The notes under the pieces are model-generated. The model made no database searches and was not told where the DNA came from. It saw only the letters and a program-made list of their open reading frames with translations. A stretch of DNA of 64,000 nt from Octopus sinensis (Eukaryota), in NCBI RefSeq assembly GCF_006345805.1, contig NC_043001.1, positions 67,828,001 to 67,892,000 on the forward strand, given 5' to 3'. Position 1 is the first letter of the stretch. Every line of letters starts with the position of its first letter. This document shows positions 1 to 13,419 of the stretch, piece after piece. The translations under genes and the position numbers were made by a program.

Positions 1-3000
1 ATTTATTGTTTCTTGTCCATCTCCACATATTCTGCAGTTACTAGTTATATTTCTTTTCATTACATGTTTTTGGTAATTTCTGGTAGGGAGGCTTTGGTCT
101 TGTGCTGCAATTAAAAATCCCTCTGTCTCTGCTTTGAGTCCTGAGCTTCTCAACCATTGCTGGGGTTTTTCTTTGTCTATTTCTTTTGCATTTAGTTTAG
201 TCCAGTATTTGCCACGAAGGGGCTTTTCTTGCCATCGTTTATCATGGTTCGTTGCTGTTCTATTTTTAGTTTGGATTTCATTTGTTTTATAGCTTTTGTT
301 GCTTCTTCTTCTTCTTCTTCTTCTTCTTCTTCTTCTTCTTCTTCTTCTTCTTCTTCTTCTTCTTCTTCTTCTTCTTCTTCTTCTTCTTCTTCTTCTTCTT
401 CTTCTTCTTCTTCTTCTTCTTCTTCTCTTTCTTCTTATTTTCTTCTCTTTCTTCTTCTTCTTCTTCTTCTTCTTCTTATTATTATTATTTGTTAGGTGGT
501 ATGATTATTTGTTTGTATTTGTCAGCTTCCTTAAATACTGAGAACAGTTTTTTGTTTTGCTCGTGTTTTGCCGCTATTTGTATCAGTTTTCCTTCCTTCT
601 GAAATAGATATTTTTGCAGTCCTATGGTGGTTATTTTATAGTAGTTTTCCAGCTGTATAAGGCCTCTGCCACCTTCTATACGTTGTATATATAGCCTTTC
701 TATGTCAGATTTTGGGTGATGCATCCTAGATCCTGTCATTATTTTTCTTGTTTTCCTATCTATTTTGTTCAGTTCATTTAGTGTCCAGTTGAGGATATTG
801 TAGCTGTAACTTATAACTGGGACGGCTAAAGTGTTAATACCTATTATCTTGTTTTTAGCATTGAGCTCTGTTTTTAGTATTGATCTAACTCGTCTATAGT
901 ATTCTTTCTTTATTTTCTCTTTCATTTGTGTGTGTTGTGTCTTGCCTAGTTCATGGATTCCTACATATTTGTAAGTTTGGCTTCGGTCTAATTCTTTTAT
1001 TTTCATTGGTTTTATCTAGTGTGATGTTGCTACTCTTAACTAGTTTTCCTCTTTTCAGGGTTACTTTGGCGCATTTTTCTATTCCATATTTCATCTCTAT
1101 TTCTTTGGTAAATCCATGAACTGTCTTTAATAGTGTTTCCAGCTGTTTGTCATTTGTAGTGTATAGTTTTAGGTCATCCATATATAAAATGTGGCTGATC
1201 GTTTTGCCGTAACATTTATATCCGCATCCAGTTCTATTTAGCATATCCGATAGAGGTGAGAGTGCCAAGCAGAAAAGGAGTGGAGAGAGCGTGTCTCCCT
1301 GGAATATTCCTCTTCTAATAGGGATGGCTTTGGTTTCACAAGTCCCTCTTTTGTTTGGAGTTGTAGTACTGTCTGCCATTTATTCATAAAGTGTCCTATG
1401 TATTTTATAATTGTTGGTACTACTTTGTTAATGGCTAGTGTTTCGAGGATCCATGTGTGGGGGATGCTATCAAACGCCTTTTTGTAGTCGATCCAGGCCA
1501 TACTGAAGCCTTTCTTCTTTCTGTGGCTGTCTTCAGTTATGGCTTTATTGATCATTAGTTGATCGTTACAGCCAATATGAGCCTTTGCGGCATCCTTTCT
1601 GCTCTTCTGGAAACAGGTTGTTTTCGTCTAGGTGCTTGTTCAATCTTTGTGATATTACTGCAGTAAATGCTTTGTACATTGTAGGGAGACAGGTTATAGG
1701 TTTGTAGTTTTCTGGTTTTGCTGTCTCATTAGATTTGGGAATTAAGATGGTTTTCCCCTTCGTGAGCCATTCAGATGTGCATTCCTGTTAGATATTTCAA
1801 CCAGAAGTTGGGGATCTTGTCATGCCTAGGTGCCTTCCAGTTGCTTAGTCTTTGCAGTGCCTGGGTGACCTCTTCAGTTGTTATGGGGGTCCAAAGTTGC
1901 TCAGATGCTAAGTTTGTTGTTTTAATAGTCCTTTTTTTTGGTTGTTCATTCGCCGACCATATTTCTCTCCAGAATTCTTCCACTTCTTCTGCCGTTGGTG
2001 CTGCAGTGATGTCTGTTCTTGGTAGAACTTTTTGGGGTTGGAGTTGAACAGTTTGTTTTGTTCAAAGAAAAGTTGGCGTTTCTCGTACCGGCGGATCCTT
2101 TGTGCTTTGGCAAGGATATCTTGCTTTGGCTTTCCTTTTATCTCAGGTAAATCTTTTTCCGTGATGTTGTATTTGCGGAGTATTTTTGTTTTCTTTTTGT
2201 TGCTTAGTAGCGTTGATTGTCTACTGATTTCGTTAAGAATCGACAGATCTTTTCTCATTTTTTGTATTTTTTATTTTGGATGTTATGTATCCTCAGGGTG
2301 GTGGTACTCCTGTTTGGATGGGTTTGAGGGAGTATCCAGCTTCTTTTGTGGCTGTAGTGGCTGCTGCATATACCAAGTCATTTAACTTAGTGATATTGCT
2401 ATTTGTTTCAGTGGCTATTAGTTCCGTGACGGCTAGGTTTATGCTATTTATAATTGATGTTATTTTTTTGTCTATTTTGATTTTTGTGGGGTATGGTCGA
2501 TGGTCCATTTTGAGATCTGTGGTTTTCAGTTCTTTGATTATTCTACTTTTTATAGTATCATAATCATTAGGCTCCCCTTCGTTGTTTCCAGGTTTTGGAT
2601 TTGTGTCGCTTTCTTTCTCATTCGTATGTTTGTCTGTCGTGTTTTGGCTTGCTGCTTGTCGTGCATTATTATGCATCCTTACGGTCTGGTTTTGTTGTTT
2701 TTTGTTTACATCATTTTTATTGGGAATGTTACGTTTGTCTTCGTGTTTTACTATCTCAGTGTTTATATTATTTGGCATTGTTGTGTGGCTTCTATCTACA
2801 TTTTCCTGATGCATTTTTTTCTTTTAAATGTTCTATTTCTATTTCTGATTTTTTTTGCGTTGAGAATATATCTTCGTACGTTAGCTAGTTTATTAGGGTT
2901 CATTGCTGTATCCAAGTCTTTATTTATGTTAATTTTCTTCCATATTTTATATGTATATGTTGTGTTTTCGTTTTTTGGGTAGAGCACTGCTGTAAAGTAA

Positions 3001-3540
3001 GCGTGTAGGATTGAAGTGTATTCCTCACGTGTCCATTTATGCCTTTTTGGTTTTATTTGCGGGACACGAGGAGCAACGTCCGGCCCATTATTTTGACGGT
3101 CGTCATTTTCGTAGGGTACCGGTCCGTTCATTTCTGTTGTCACATTGTTTTGCATGTATAGTTTTTCGTACTTTCTGTGTAGTAAGTTTAAAGGACGCAC
3201 TTCCCGATTGTTATTCTTGGGTTGAATAATACCGTTATTATTTAATTTGTTCGGAGTTTTTTTGTACATGGTGTTTGGGGCCGGAGATAGTTTGGTGTTG
3301 ATGGATCGTAATGTATCAAGCATGTTTACATGGTTGGAGATGATATCGAGTTAAAATACTTCATTTCGTAAGGAAAATAGTAATAAATTTCAATGAGTAT
3401 TACTTACTCGGATATAGTCCAATCCTTTGTCAGTTAATTTTTGGCTCCATGCGATGTCTTTGTTTCCGATGTTTGTGGATAGATTTCGGAGCTCTGTTTT
3501 ATCGTTCTCACATGTTAAACGTCCCCGGTGTTCTCGTTAA
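1..3540 (-). mobile_element. R4/Dong-clade RLE-type non-LTR retrotransposon, degraded, 3' end runs off the window
   Basis: Collinear frameshifted ORF pieces: N-terminal KWTREEY motif (2796-3323), NWKAP..D.I.NFWLK (1771-1983), AWIDYKKAFDSIPH (1238-1555), GIFQGDTLSPLLF and YMDDLKLY (951-1379), HPKSDIERLY..R..GGRGL (485-1006). Manual translation of 1-230 on the minus strand gives LKAETEGFLIAAQDQSLPTRNY...CRICGDGQETIN, the start of the CCHC finger preceding the RLE domain. Confidence 0.9.
302..489. repeat. (TTC)n/(TTA)n microsatellite inside the R4/Dong ORF
   Basis: Direct sequence; reads (TAA)n(GAA)n on the element strand. Confidence 0.98.
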
Positions 3541-3542
3541 AT

Positions 3543-3616
<74 letters not shown>

Positions 3617-3659
3617 TTATTATTATTACTATTATTATTAGTACTACTACTATTATTAA

Positions 3660-3702
<43 letters not shown>

Positions 3703-3718
3703 GCTGTTGCTGCTGCTG

Positions 3719-3749
<31 letters not shown>

Positions 3750-3758
3750 TACTACTAC

Positions 3759-3792
<34 letters not shown>

Positions 3793-3848
3793 GTTATTAT
3801 TATTATTATTATTATTTTCATCATTATCATTATCATTATCAGTATCAG

Positions 3849-3882
<34 letters not shown>

Positions 3883-3909
3883 GTTATTATTATTATTATT
3901 ATTATTATT
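3541..3909. repeat. Compound trinucleotide microsatellite (CTA/TTA/CTG/TCA)
   Basis: Direct sequence. Confidence 0.97.
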
Positions 3910-4466
3910 GAGTGAGAGAGCAGTGTATGCCATCAAAGTGACACTGGGGTAAAATATACGAAGCCCAGTATACCTATCATGACTACCCGTCTGATAATGG
4001 TACACTAGGTACATGCATCACAACTATGTGCGCGACATAGTGATCTCATATCAAGATAAACAGCGTATGACCTTGCAAGTGGGACCTAGTTAGAATTTTC
4101 TTCTGGTCGAATAACCCATCCCGCTCAAAAGGTCCCTGAATAAGGGTTGTTTAAGGATGTTGAACGAAACACTCATGTTTCCAGAGGTAAATTATTCAAA
4201 CCTCAAAGAATCCCTCTCAACACATGGCTGTGATGCTCCCCGACTACTTCTGCTCGTAATCAGAGATGCACATATCGTCAGCCACTAAGGGACATGCTCA
4301 ACTGGTTACGGTCAAACAACTGACAAGCAAATCTGTGGTATTGAGCAGAATATTTGCTGTAGCCCATCTTTTATACCAAGACAAAACAATGTACATGATT
4401 AACACTTCCAGTGAGTTAAGATCAGGAGCCATGAGAGCCACTGTCTGGTACTGCATCAGGGCATTT
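3910..4466 (-). mobile_element. Putative non-autonomous microsatellite-targeting retroelement (~557 bp)
   Basis: Complex non-coding block with sharp boundaries between two trinucleotide tracts. On the minus strand it ends in CTCTCACTC followed by (AAT)n. Confidence 0.5.
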
Positions 4467-4532
4467 CTTCTTCTTCTTCTTCTTCTTCTTCTTCTTCTTC
4501 TTCTTCTTCTTCTTCTTCTTCTTCTTCTTCTT

Positions 4533-4563
<31 letters not shown>

Positions 4564-4564
4564 A

Positions 4565-4633
<69 letters not shown>

Positions 4634-4695
4634 CATCATCATCATCATCATCATCATCATTATTATTATTATCATCATCATCATTATTATGATTA
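4467..4695. repeat. (TTC)n(TTA)n(TCA)n microsatellite
   Basis: Direct sequence. Confidence 0.97.
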
Positions 4696-5019
4696 TACAG
4701 TTGTACATTAGCATTAACACATTAAAACATTTGTACATTAACATTAGCACATCAGTATAATTATAAAACGATAAAAACTAAACTTTTATTGTAACTTACA
4801 TTTATTTTATCAACTTCACCTACACAAACACACACACACACACACACACAACACACACACACACACACACAACACACACACACACACAAATAAATGAAGA
4901 AAAATATTAAACTCTTTTTCTTTCAAAATATTATCGTTCACATAACATTTATAAATTCTTTTCTTCCCTTCCTCTCTCTCCCCCTCTCTCTCCCCCCTCT
5001 CTCTATATATATACACACA

Positions 5020-6222
5020 CAGGGAGCGTAAGATATTTGAGGACAGATTTATGTTTATAACAACAGTTAATAACTTTATCAAAAAGTGCTATGAAGATAA
5101 AGCCACCTTCAGCTTCACCAACTGCTTCTATATGAAATCTAAATCATCTACATGCTCGGATCAAGTGGTCCTGGTTCATTTTGGACATTACTCTATGACA
5201 GCTTTCAAGGGATCTTTGGTGTTATGGGCATGTTTATTGACCTCTCCCTTAGCAACGCTTTACATGTAATAGACCAATGGATTGAGATCTGGAAAATTAG
5301 GAGGCCAAATGTTAGGGGTTATGTCATCATGAAAATTTTCAGCTATCCATCATTCCTGTGTTACTAGAGCCATGTGTGATAGTGCAGTGTTACTGAAACA
5401 CATATGACCTTCCATTGCATACACTGCCTATCCAGGACTTAACAATTGTTTCCAGGACATCAATGTAGACAGCAGAGTTAACTTTAAGGCCTTCTGGAAA
5501 GAAGTAAGGAGACATCACATGTCCTTCATTGCTGGCAATCTCTAAAACCATGACAGTTGCAGGAAATTTTGTATGCATAACACTTGGAACTGCAGAAGGG
5601 TTTGCACATAATCATCTGTCATTTCTTCTGTTAACTTTTTGAACTTGGTCGAAGTTTTTCTCATTCGAGAAAAACCAAATCAAATCTTCCGTAGGATTTT
5701 TCAGTTTGTTTAAGAGCCTTTTAGATCTGATGTAGCGATTTTCTTTTGCTTTTTCAGACAAATTGACCTTTCCTCATCATATAAGACTTATTATCTGATG
5801 TCTTGGTGGACCACATTTCTGACTGTTCCTTCTGACACATGGAGATCTTTTGCAATTGACCTCATGGACTTTCAGGGATTGTAATCAATGGTTTGTTGAA
5901 CTTGCGGATAAATTTAAGTGTTCTGATGATTTCAGGGCGTTTAGAATGCTTTTTATGCTTTAATACTGGTGATACGTTTCCATCTTCAGTCTCTAGCACC
6001 TTACAAACTTTGTAGACGAAAGATCTGGAAACTTTTAAAAATCGAAATATTCCAAATCGCTATGCTTAGCCTTTATAACAACAATAACAACATGCCTCTT
6101 CATTTTTTAAGTAAACTGAGTATCTGCCATTATTATTTTCTGAAACAAAGATTAAACAGAGTTAGTAAAAAATGCCGCAATGACCCCCGAAAGGTACGTC
6201 CTCAAATACCTTACGCACTCTG
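5020..6222 (-). mobile_element. Tc1/mariner DD37D (maT-type) transposon, defective
   Basis: 25-bp TIRs at 5020-5044 and 6198-6222 (22/25 match). Minus-strand transposase remnants FFSNEKNFDQ..NRRNDR, TKFPATVMV, WPPNFPDLNPL; the spacing implied between the decayed 2nd and 3rd catalytic positions is 37 aa. Confidence 0.85.
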
Positions 6223-6418
6223 TGTATGTGTGTATAGTTGAAATTTACAAAAAGTAGAAGATGACAGGTGTATAAACAAGAAACAGGTGTATTAGTTTGA
6301 CGCTCGGGAAGGTGAGAAAATCTATACATATATAAATACATATACATATATACATACATACATACACACATACATAGATACACCAACACACACACACACA
6401 CACATATACATATATATA

Positions 6419-6467
<49 letters not shown>

Positions 6468-6519
6468 TACATATATCTACATATACATCTATATATATAT
6501 ACATATCTACTAAATCCAC

Positions 6520-6635
6520 TTACAAGGCTTTAATCGGTCCGAGGCTTATAGTAGAAGATAAGGTGCCACGTAGTGGGACTGAACCCGGAGCCATATGGTC
6601 GGGAAGCAAGCTTCTTACCACATAACCACATCTGC
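6520..6635 (-). mobile_element. tRNA-derived SINE, 5' part
   Basis: Minus strand has GTGGTAAGAAGCTTGCTTCC...GGGTTCAGTCCC (pol III A/B box-like). Homologous copies lie at about 25.7, 44.4 and 49.9 kb. Confidence 0.75.
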
Positions 6636-6654
6636 ACTTATAAACACACACACA

Positions 6655-7950
<1,296 letters not shown>

Positions 7951-7957
7951 GAGATTG

Positions 7958-8004
<47 letters not shown>

Positions 8005-9761
8005 GGACGGTAATATTTTTCAACCGAGATATTACAACTGTATCTTTTCATGTGCATCAATTCTGTGTATGCACTCAATTACTGACGTTTATCAATGGTT
8101 TCTCCCATTGTTTTCACGTACCATTTTCTATCAATAGAACTGTCGACATTTTTGACGACACGAGTATGTTAGTTTATAATAAAACGTTATACAGTTATAG
8201 TAAGACATCTGATAGTAATGGCATTCTTTGTTATATAGCTATGACGTCAGTAAATCAAAAGAAGCACTCAACGCGTTTGGAAGCATACGTTTATAATGAT
8301 ATATATATATATTTATTTATTTATTTATTTATACATGTTCCATAAATAATATCATTACATTCTCTTCGTAGTTAGGGGAAAAATAACCTATTCTTGATGA
8401 AGTATTAATGTAAACCATTCTGGTTACTGAGATCTTGGTGTGTTGTCACTGTGAAGCTTAATATATGTTTATTTAACATATGGTGTAACAAATTTAATCT
8501 CAAAGATAATGTGTTGGTTTTCTAATGAATGCACATCTATATATGTATGTATATACACGATTAGGTAAGACTACAGGATTAAGTGTTATAGCAAATGATA
8601 TAAATGCAAATGATTATATGTGTGTTAGGCTATGTATTACACTACCACACTAAACGTATTTTCTTTTAATTTCCTTCTTTGAATTCTTCCTGTAAAGAAA
8701 GCTTTGACTTCTAACAAAGAAAAAAAGCTCTGTCGCTGTAATTTAGACAACGAAACATTAGGGACATGCAAAATAAATCTGCGTATATTTATATTTAACA
8801 CGTTTGTGTGACTCAAACATAGAAAGACATTTTGCTGAAGTAACTTTCTCGGAATAGAAATTCTCCTTATTAACAATGCATGTAAAAACCAAGATGGGCC
8901 ACGAATGATGTTATCGGATTGTTTCTGCATCGTTACGCTACTGACACCGAATCTATCGTTCATAGTCCACTAAGAACTATCTTATATGTAAAATAGCAAA
9001 TAATAAATTTGCTGGCGAGTGCAAAGCTTTATCATTAATAAATTATAGTACACTAAGTGATGATTAAAATAAAGCTATGTACATTTATATTTATCACGTG
9101 CGAGTAAACTTCAAACGTAGAAAGACCTTTGTTGCGGTAACTGTCTAGTAAAAGAAATTCTTCTTATAGACATTGTGTGGAAACACACCGAGCTGGAGAA
9201 TTTTTTGTTTATAGTTTAGTCAAAGGAGGAAGAACAATCCTTATAACTCATTCCATGACCTCTAAGTCTAATGAGAGGAATTTGTCTCAGACAGGCAACC
9301 TGTAATGAATGCAAAGAATGGACTTCTCTAAAGGCACCCAAGGAACAGATGGAGATCTTGAATCAAGTGATAGGTTAAGTTTTATATTAATTTTTTTGTT
9401 TGCTGTTTCTCTTACGCGTTGATTCAGATGGATACGTTTGAGATTATCTTTTTCCTTGTATACAAATAGAAATGTATATGCTGTACCTATGTGCGATATA
9501 GGAAGTCGAGGGACATAGGAAATTAGTATCTTAATGTCATTTTTGACCATTGCTGATTACATTTGTAACACCAACAGTTATATGACGTATATAACATTTG
9601 CTATCGCATCTGGTAGACTTAAGGATTTCACTGCCTCGTTTCTTCATTAAATTTTTTTATAGACATTGTCTACTGTTTGACTGTGAAAACAATTCCTTCA
9701 AAATAGAAGTCTCGCGTTCAAAAGCTGTTACATTCCTTGTGAATATTGGTCTCATTCACTT

Positions 9762-9980
9762 AAAGCGGCGAGCTGGCAGAATCATTACCGCACCGAGAAA
9801 ATGCTTAGCGGCATTTCGTCCGTCTTTATGTTCTGAGTTCAAATTCCGCTAAGGTTCACTTTGCCTCTCATCCTTTCGGGGTCAATAAAATAAGTACCAG
9901 TTCAACACTGGAGTGAATGTTATTGACTTATCCCTACCTCTGAAATTGCCGGCCCTCTGCTAAAATTTGGAATCAATATT
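9762..9980 (+). mobile_element. tRNA-derived SINE, second family
   Basis: TGGCAGAATCATTA...GAGTTCAAATTCC boxes followed by a TTTGCCTCTCATCCTTTCGGGGTCAATAAAAT core; homologous to 28324-28540. Confidence 0.75.
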
Positions 9981-11724
9981 AGTCTCATTATCAAACAGCC
10001 AAATATAATGTTTTGTAGTTCAAAACGACAACAGTATTAGGTTTGTTGTTTGCTTTCGCAATTGGTTTATTTTTTTAGATCCCTCAAATATTTTTCCTCA
10101 GTTTCGCTGTATCAATCTTTATGGTGGATTGGTATTTGTTAACTTACTTTTTCTAAGTGATTTTAGTGGGTATTGCACAGAAGTAACCACCGTGATGAAA
10201 CGATTCTAAAAACTATTGTAGGCTTTTAGAGTCATTTACCTTTTCTGCAGTTTGTATTGTGCTTCAAGTATCTACATACAACTTTCTCAGTAAGCTGATC
10301 TATTTTTTGTTTTTACTGACGTGTTACATCAATGTTATCTGGAGAAAGGCCAATGTCAGTTTTTATTTCATGTCTCTCCTCAAGTTCACAAGCTGTAATA
10401 CATTAATTTCAGACAATAGATTGAAGTTCTTTCCTCTGCCAGAGATGTTGCGTCGCGCTTACATTCTATGTTTTATAATGACGTCATTACCTATTTATGA
10501 CTGACCTTTCTATTATCATAGCAATTATAGTTTGGCTTATTACTTCCATTGATGATGAAGTTCCTGGTAGTAATATTAGGTCACTCTAATGTCCATCAGG
10601 CCACACTAATGTACATTAAGATATCATAAATGTGTTGTGAGCGATATGCTTCTTATACACGTGACGGTCATATTTTAATAACACTCTTTGAAGTTTCACC
10701 TCTTACTCACTCGATATTAAATAGGTTCTCATCATATCTGACATTCTCATCTTATCTAAGAATATTTGTAATTTCCATCATGCTGTAGAAGTTGTCACTT
10801 TTAGATTTCCGTGGCAAGGCACAACTTTCCTTGTCTTGTATCCATATATATATATATTTGACAAACTAGTCTTAATTCTTGTAGAGTTATTTAATCTATA
10901 TTTTTTTAAAATCTCATTACCAAATACTCTTGATACTGTTAATATTTAATAGTCTTCGTATTCAACTCATACTCAGCTCGTACTCTACTCGTACAAGTTC
11001 ACTTTGTTCACAAAGAAAATATTTCAAAAGGTTTTGTTTTGAATCAGATCTTTATCCATCCATCCATCCATCCATCCATCCATCCATCCATCCATTCCTC
11101 TACACATTTATTCATGCATACACGCATATTATGTGTGTGTGTGTATGTTTGTGTGTGTGCATGTGTGTTAACGTGCGTATCTGTGTGCATGTGTGCGTGC
11201 GCATATATATATTACATACATAAGTATGTATACGTTTGAATGTGTGTGTATGTATGTTCTCTTCTGTTCTTAATAATTCGAAATCATCCTATAAGAAAGG
11301 AGCTGTTTTTTAACAACGCTACAAAGCACTATTGCTGGAATGTAAATAACAAACACGCATTCACATTTTAGACCTGAGAAAAGTCTTGCATATTTTTACT
11401 GTTCCACTTACAGATTGTATTTGTAATGTGCGAATTAGCTGGTTGATTTCTTTTTCTGAAAACCCTAGCTTATGCAGATTGTTACTTAGGTATTTATTCA
11501 CAAAATCAAGCACAAAAATTTTCATTGGTATAGATGTGAATTTATAATCTAAGTGTAGAAGCTGGAGGTTTCGAAAGAGTTGTCCGTAGTTTTCCTCTTT
11601 CTCTTTGGTTTTACATCAGTAGGGTAGCTATGACGACACAAAATTTTACTTGTCTGTCCCAAGCAACGATATCCGGGTTGTTATGTTTACATTTATAAGA
11701 AGTTCAGATGGAAATGCTCCATTT

Positions 11725-11910
11725 ATGTATGTATGTATGCATGTATGTATGTATGTATGTATGTATGTATGTATGTATGTATGTATGTATGTATGTATGT
11801 ATGTATGTATGTATGTATGTATGTATGTATATATGTATGTATATATGTATGTATGTATGTTTGTATGTATGTATGTATGTATGTATGTAGTATGTATGTA
11901 TGTATGTATG
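11725..11910. repeat. (TATG)n microsatellite
   Basis: Direct sequence. Confidence 0.97.
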
Positions 11911-12729
11911 TAGATAAAACTTACTTGGAAGAGGATGCGTAGCGTTCAATCATATAATAATATAAATTATATATATATATATATATTATATATATATATA
12001 TATATAATATATATATATATATAATATATATATATATATATGCATATGTGGGCACAGGACATCACGAAACATGTGCAACGAAAAGTACAAAGCACGCGTA
12101 CAAAGTACGAGTACATGAACTATTCTTTTGAACAACGAAAGACACAAATGGAAAACAAAACAAACACCATAAAGAGCGATCCTTCATTAGTTGTTGGCTG
12201 TTTTTCTAGTCTCGTATTTCGAGTATTTAACAACAATATACGTTTTCGATAAAACAGTTGCTCCCGCAAAGCAAATTAAATCAAATCAAATTTGGGATTT
12301 TTGCGGAGGGTCAAAATAGGTAACACAAAGAGGACAGTGAAAACAAACAGGAAGGGCTGCTAAACGAGGTTGTGGTGGTGAACGCGTAAATCTAGCAAGG
12401 ACAGGAGACAAGCAAGAACACTATTCCTTGTTCCAGCTACAACGGAGAGAAAGAAAGAAAGATGGCCGATGGTCACGTGGGAGCCATGTGAGCAAAGGAG
12501 GAGGAGTTAGGGAGAGAGAGTGACAGAGTAATAGGATAAAAACGTAGGAGAAGAGGAGATAAAAGGACAAGAGAGAAAAATGAAAGAGTAAAAAGATCGT
12601 ATAGAGTGCGCATCAGAATTATTAAGATAAAACTTTCTTGGAAGAGGTTGAGTGGGCGTTCAACCATATAATTTATATAAATAATATATATACTTCTCTC
12701 TCTTCTCTTCTCACATGACCGATTGGCCA

Positions 12730-13206
12730 GCCTGCTCTTCCTTTTTGATTTGACCGTGGTCTGTGCAACATCGATATTCTTCCCTGTGTTTGTAAAACAT
12801 TTGTATCTCTGCCGTAAGGCTTCATTTCCACACGCGCCAGTTTAATTCAATTCGTCCTTAGTCGAAAGACGCCTGTTGTTATGTTGTTATGACCTGTTAT
12901 TATTTTTATTGTATTTTTTTAATTGTATTTATATTTGTGTAACATTGTCCGTTTTTGCCATCCTTGTTTTTGCATACATTCGATGCTTTCTTTCAAGGAA
13001 TCTAATGCTCTTAGCTTAGTTTTTGCTTAGGGCTGGCCAGATTGGCGCAATCTCAAGAATAATCAGCCGAAATTGCGAGGATAATCTGGTTCTTGACTGA
13101 AGATAGAAAACTCCTTGTTTTCTTTGTATCGTCTTTCTGGATGTTTTGTTGTCCCCTTTTTATATCACTTAGTTGTCCAGATGTTTTGCGTTCTTGCCCC
13201 ATTTTG

Positions 13207-13210
<4 letters not shown>
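12730..13210. repeat. Dispersed non-coding repeat, copy 1 (inverted relative to 56890-57400)
   Basis: Shares long blocks with the reverse complement of 56890-57400, e.g. GGCCAGATTGGCGCAATCTCAAGAATAATCAGCCGAAATTGCGAGGATAATCTGGTTCTTGACTGAAGATAGAAAACT. Confidence 0.85.
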
Positions 13211-13293
<83 letters not shown>

Positions 13294-13419
13294 AATATAT
13301 TCATAAATACATATGTATAGGTACATACTTACATCTATACGTATATATATGCATAAGTGGGTACAGGACATCACGAAACATGTACAACAAAAGGTATGTA
13401 TGTATGTATGTATTTTTTT

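Noticed and set aside
3420-3540. HDV-like ribozyme expected at the R4/Dong 5' end
   Set aside because: I could not assign P1-P4 by eye.
6570-6635. tRNA gene
   Set aside because: Only A/B-box-like SINE heads with no cloverleaf; the same applies to the other SINE copies.
9291-9373. Possible host exon encoding QATCNECKEWTSLKAPKEQMEILNQVI
   Set aside because: Short acceptor tract, weak donor, no partner exon and no recognisable protein family; it needs RNA-seq.
13360-13395. GAAACATGTAC hammerhead 3' half (similar sequence near 12065)
   Set aside because: No CUGANGA or stem II 5' arm upstream, so it is at most a truncated remnant.
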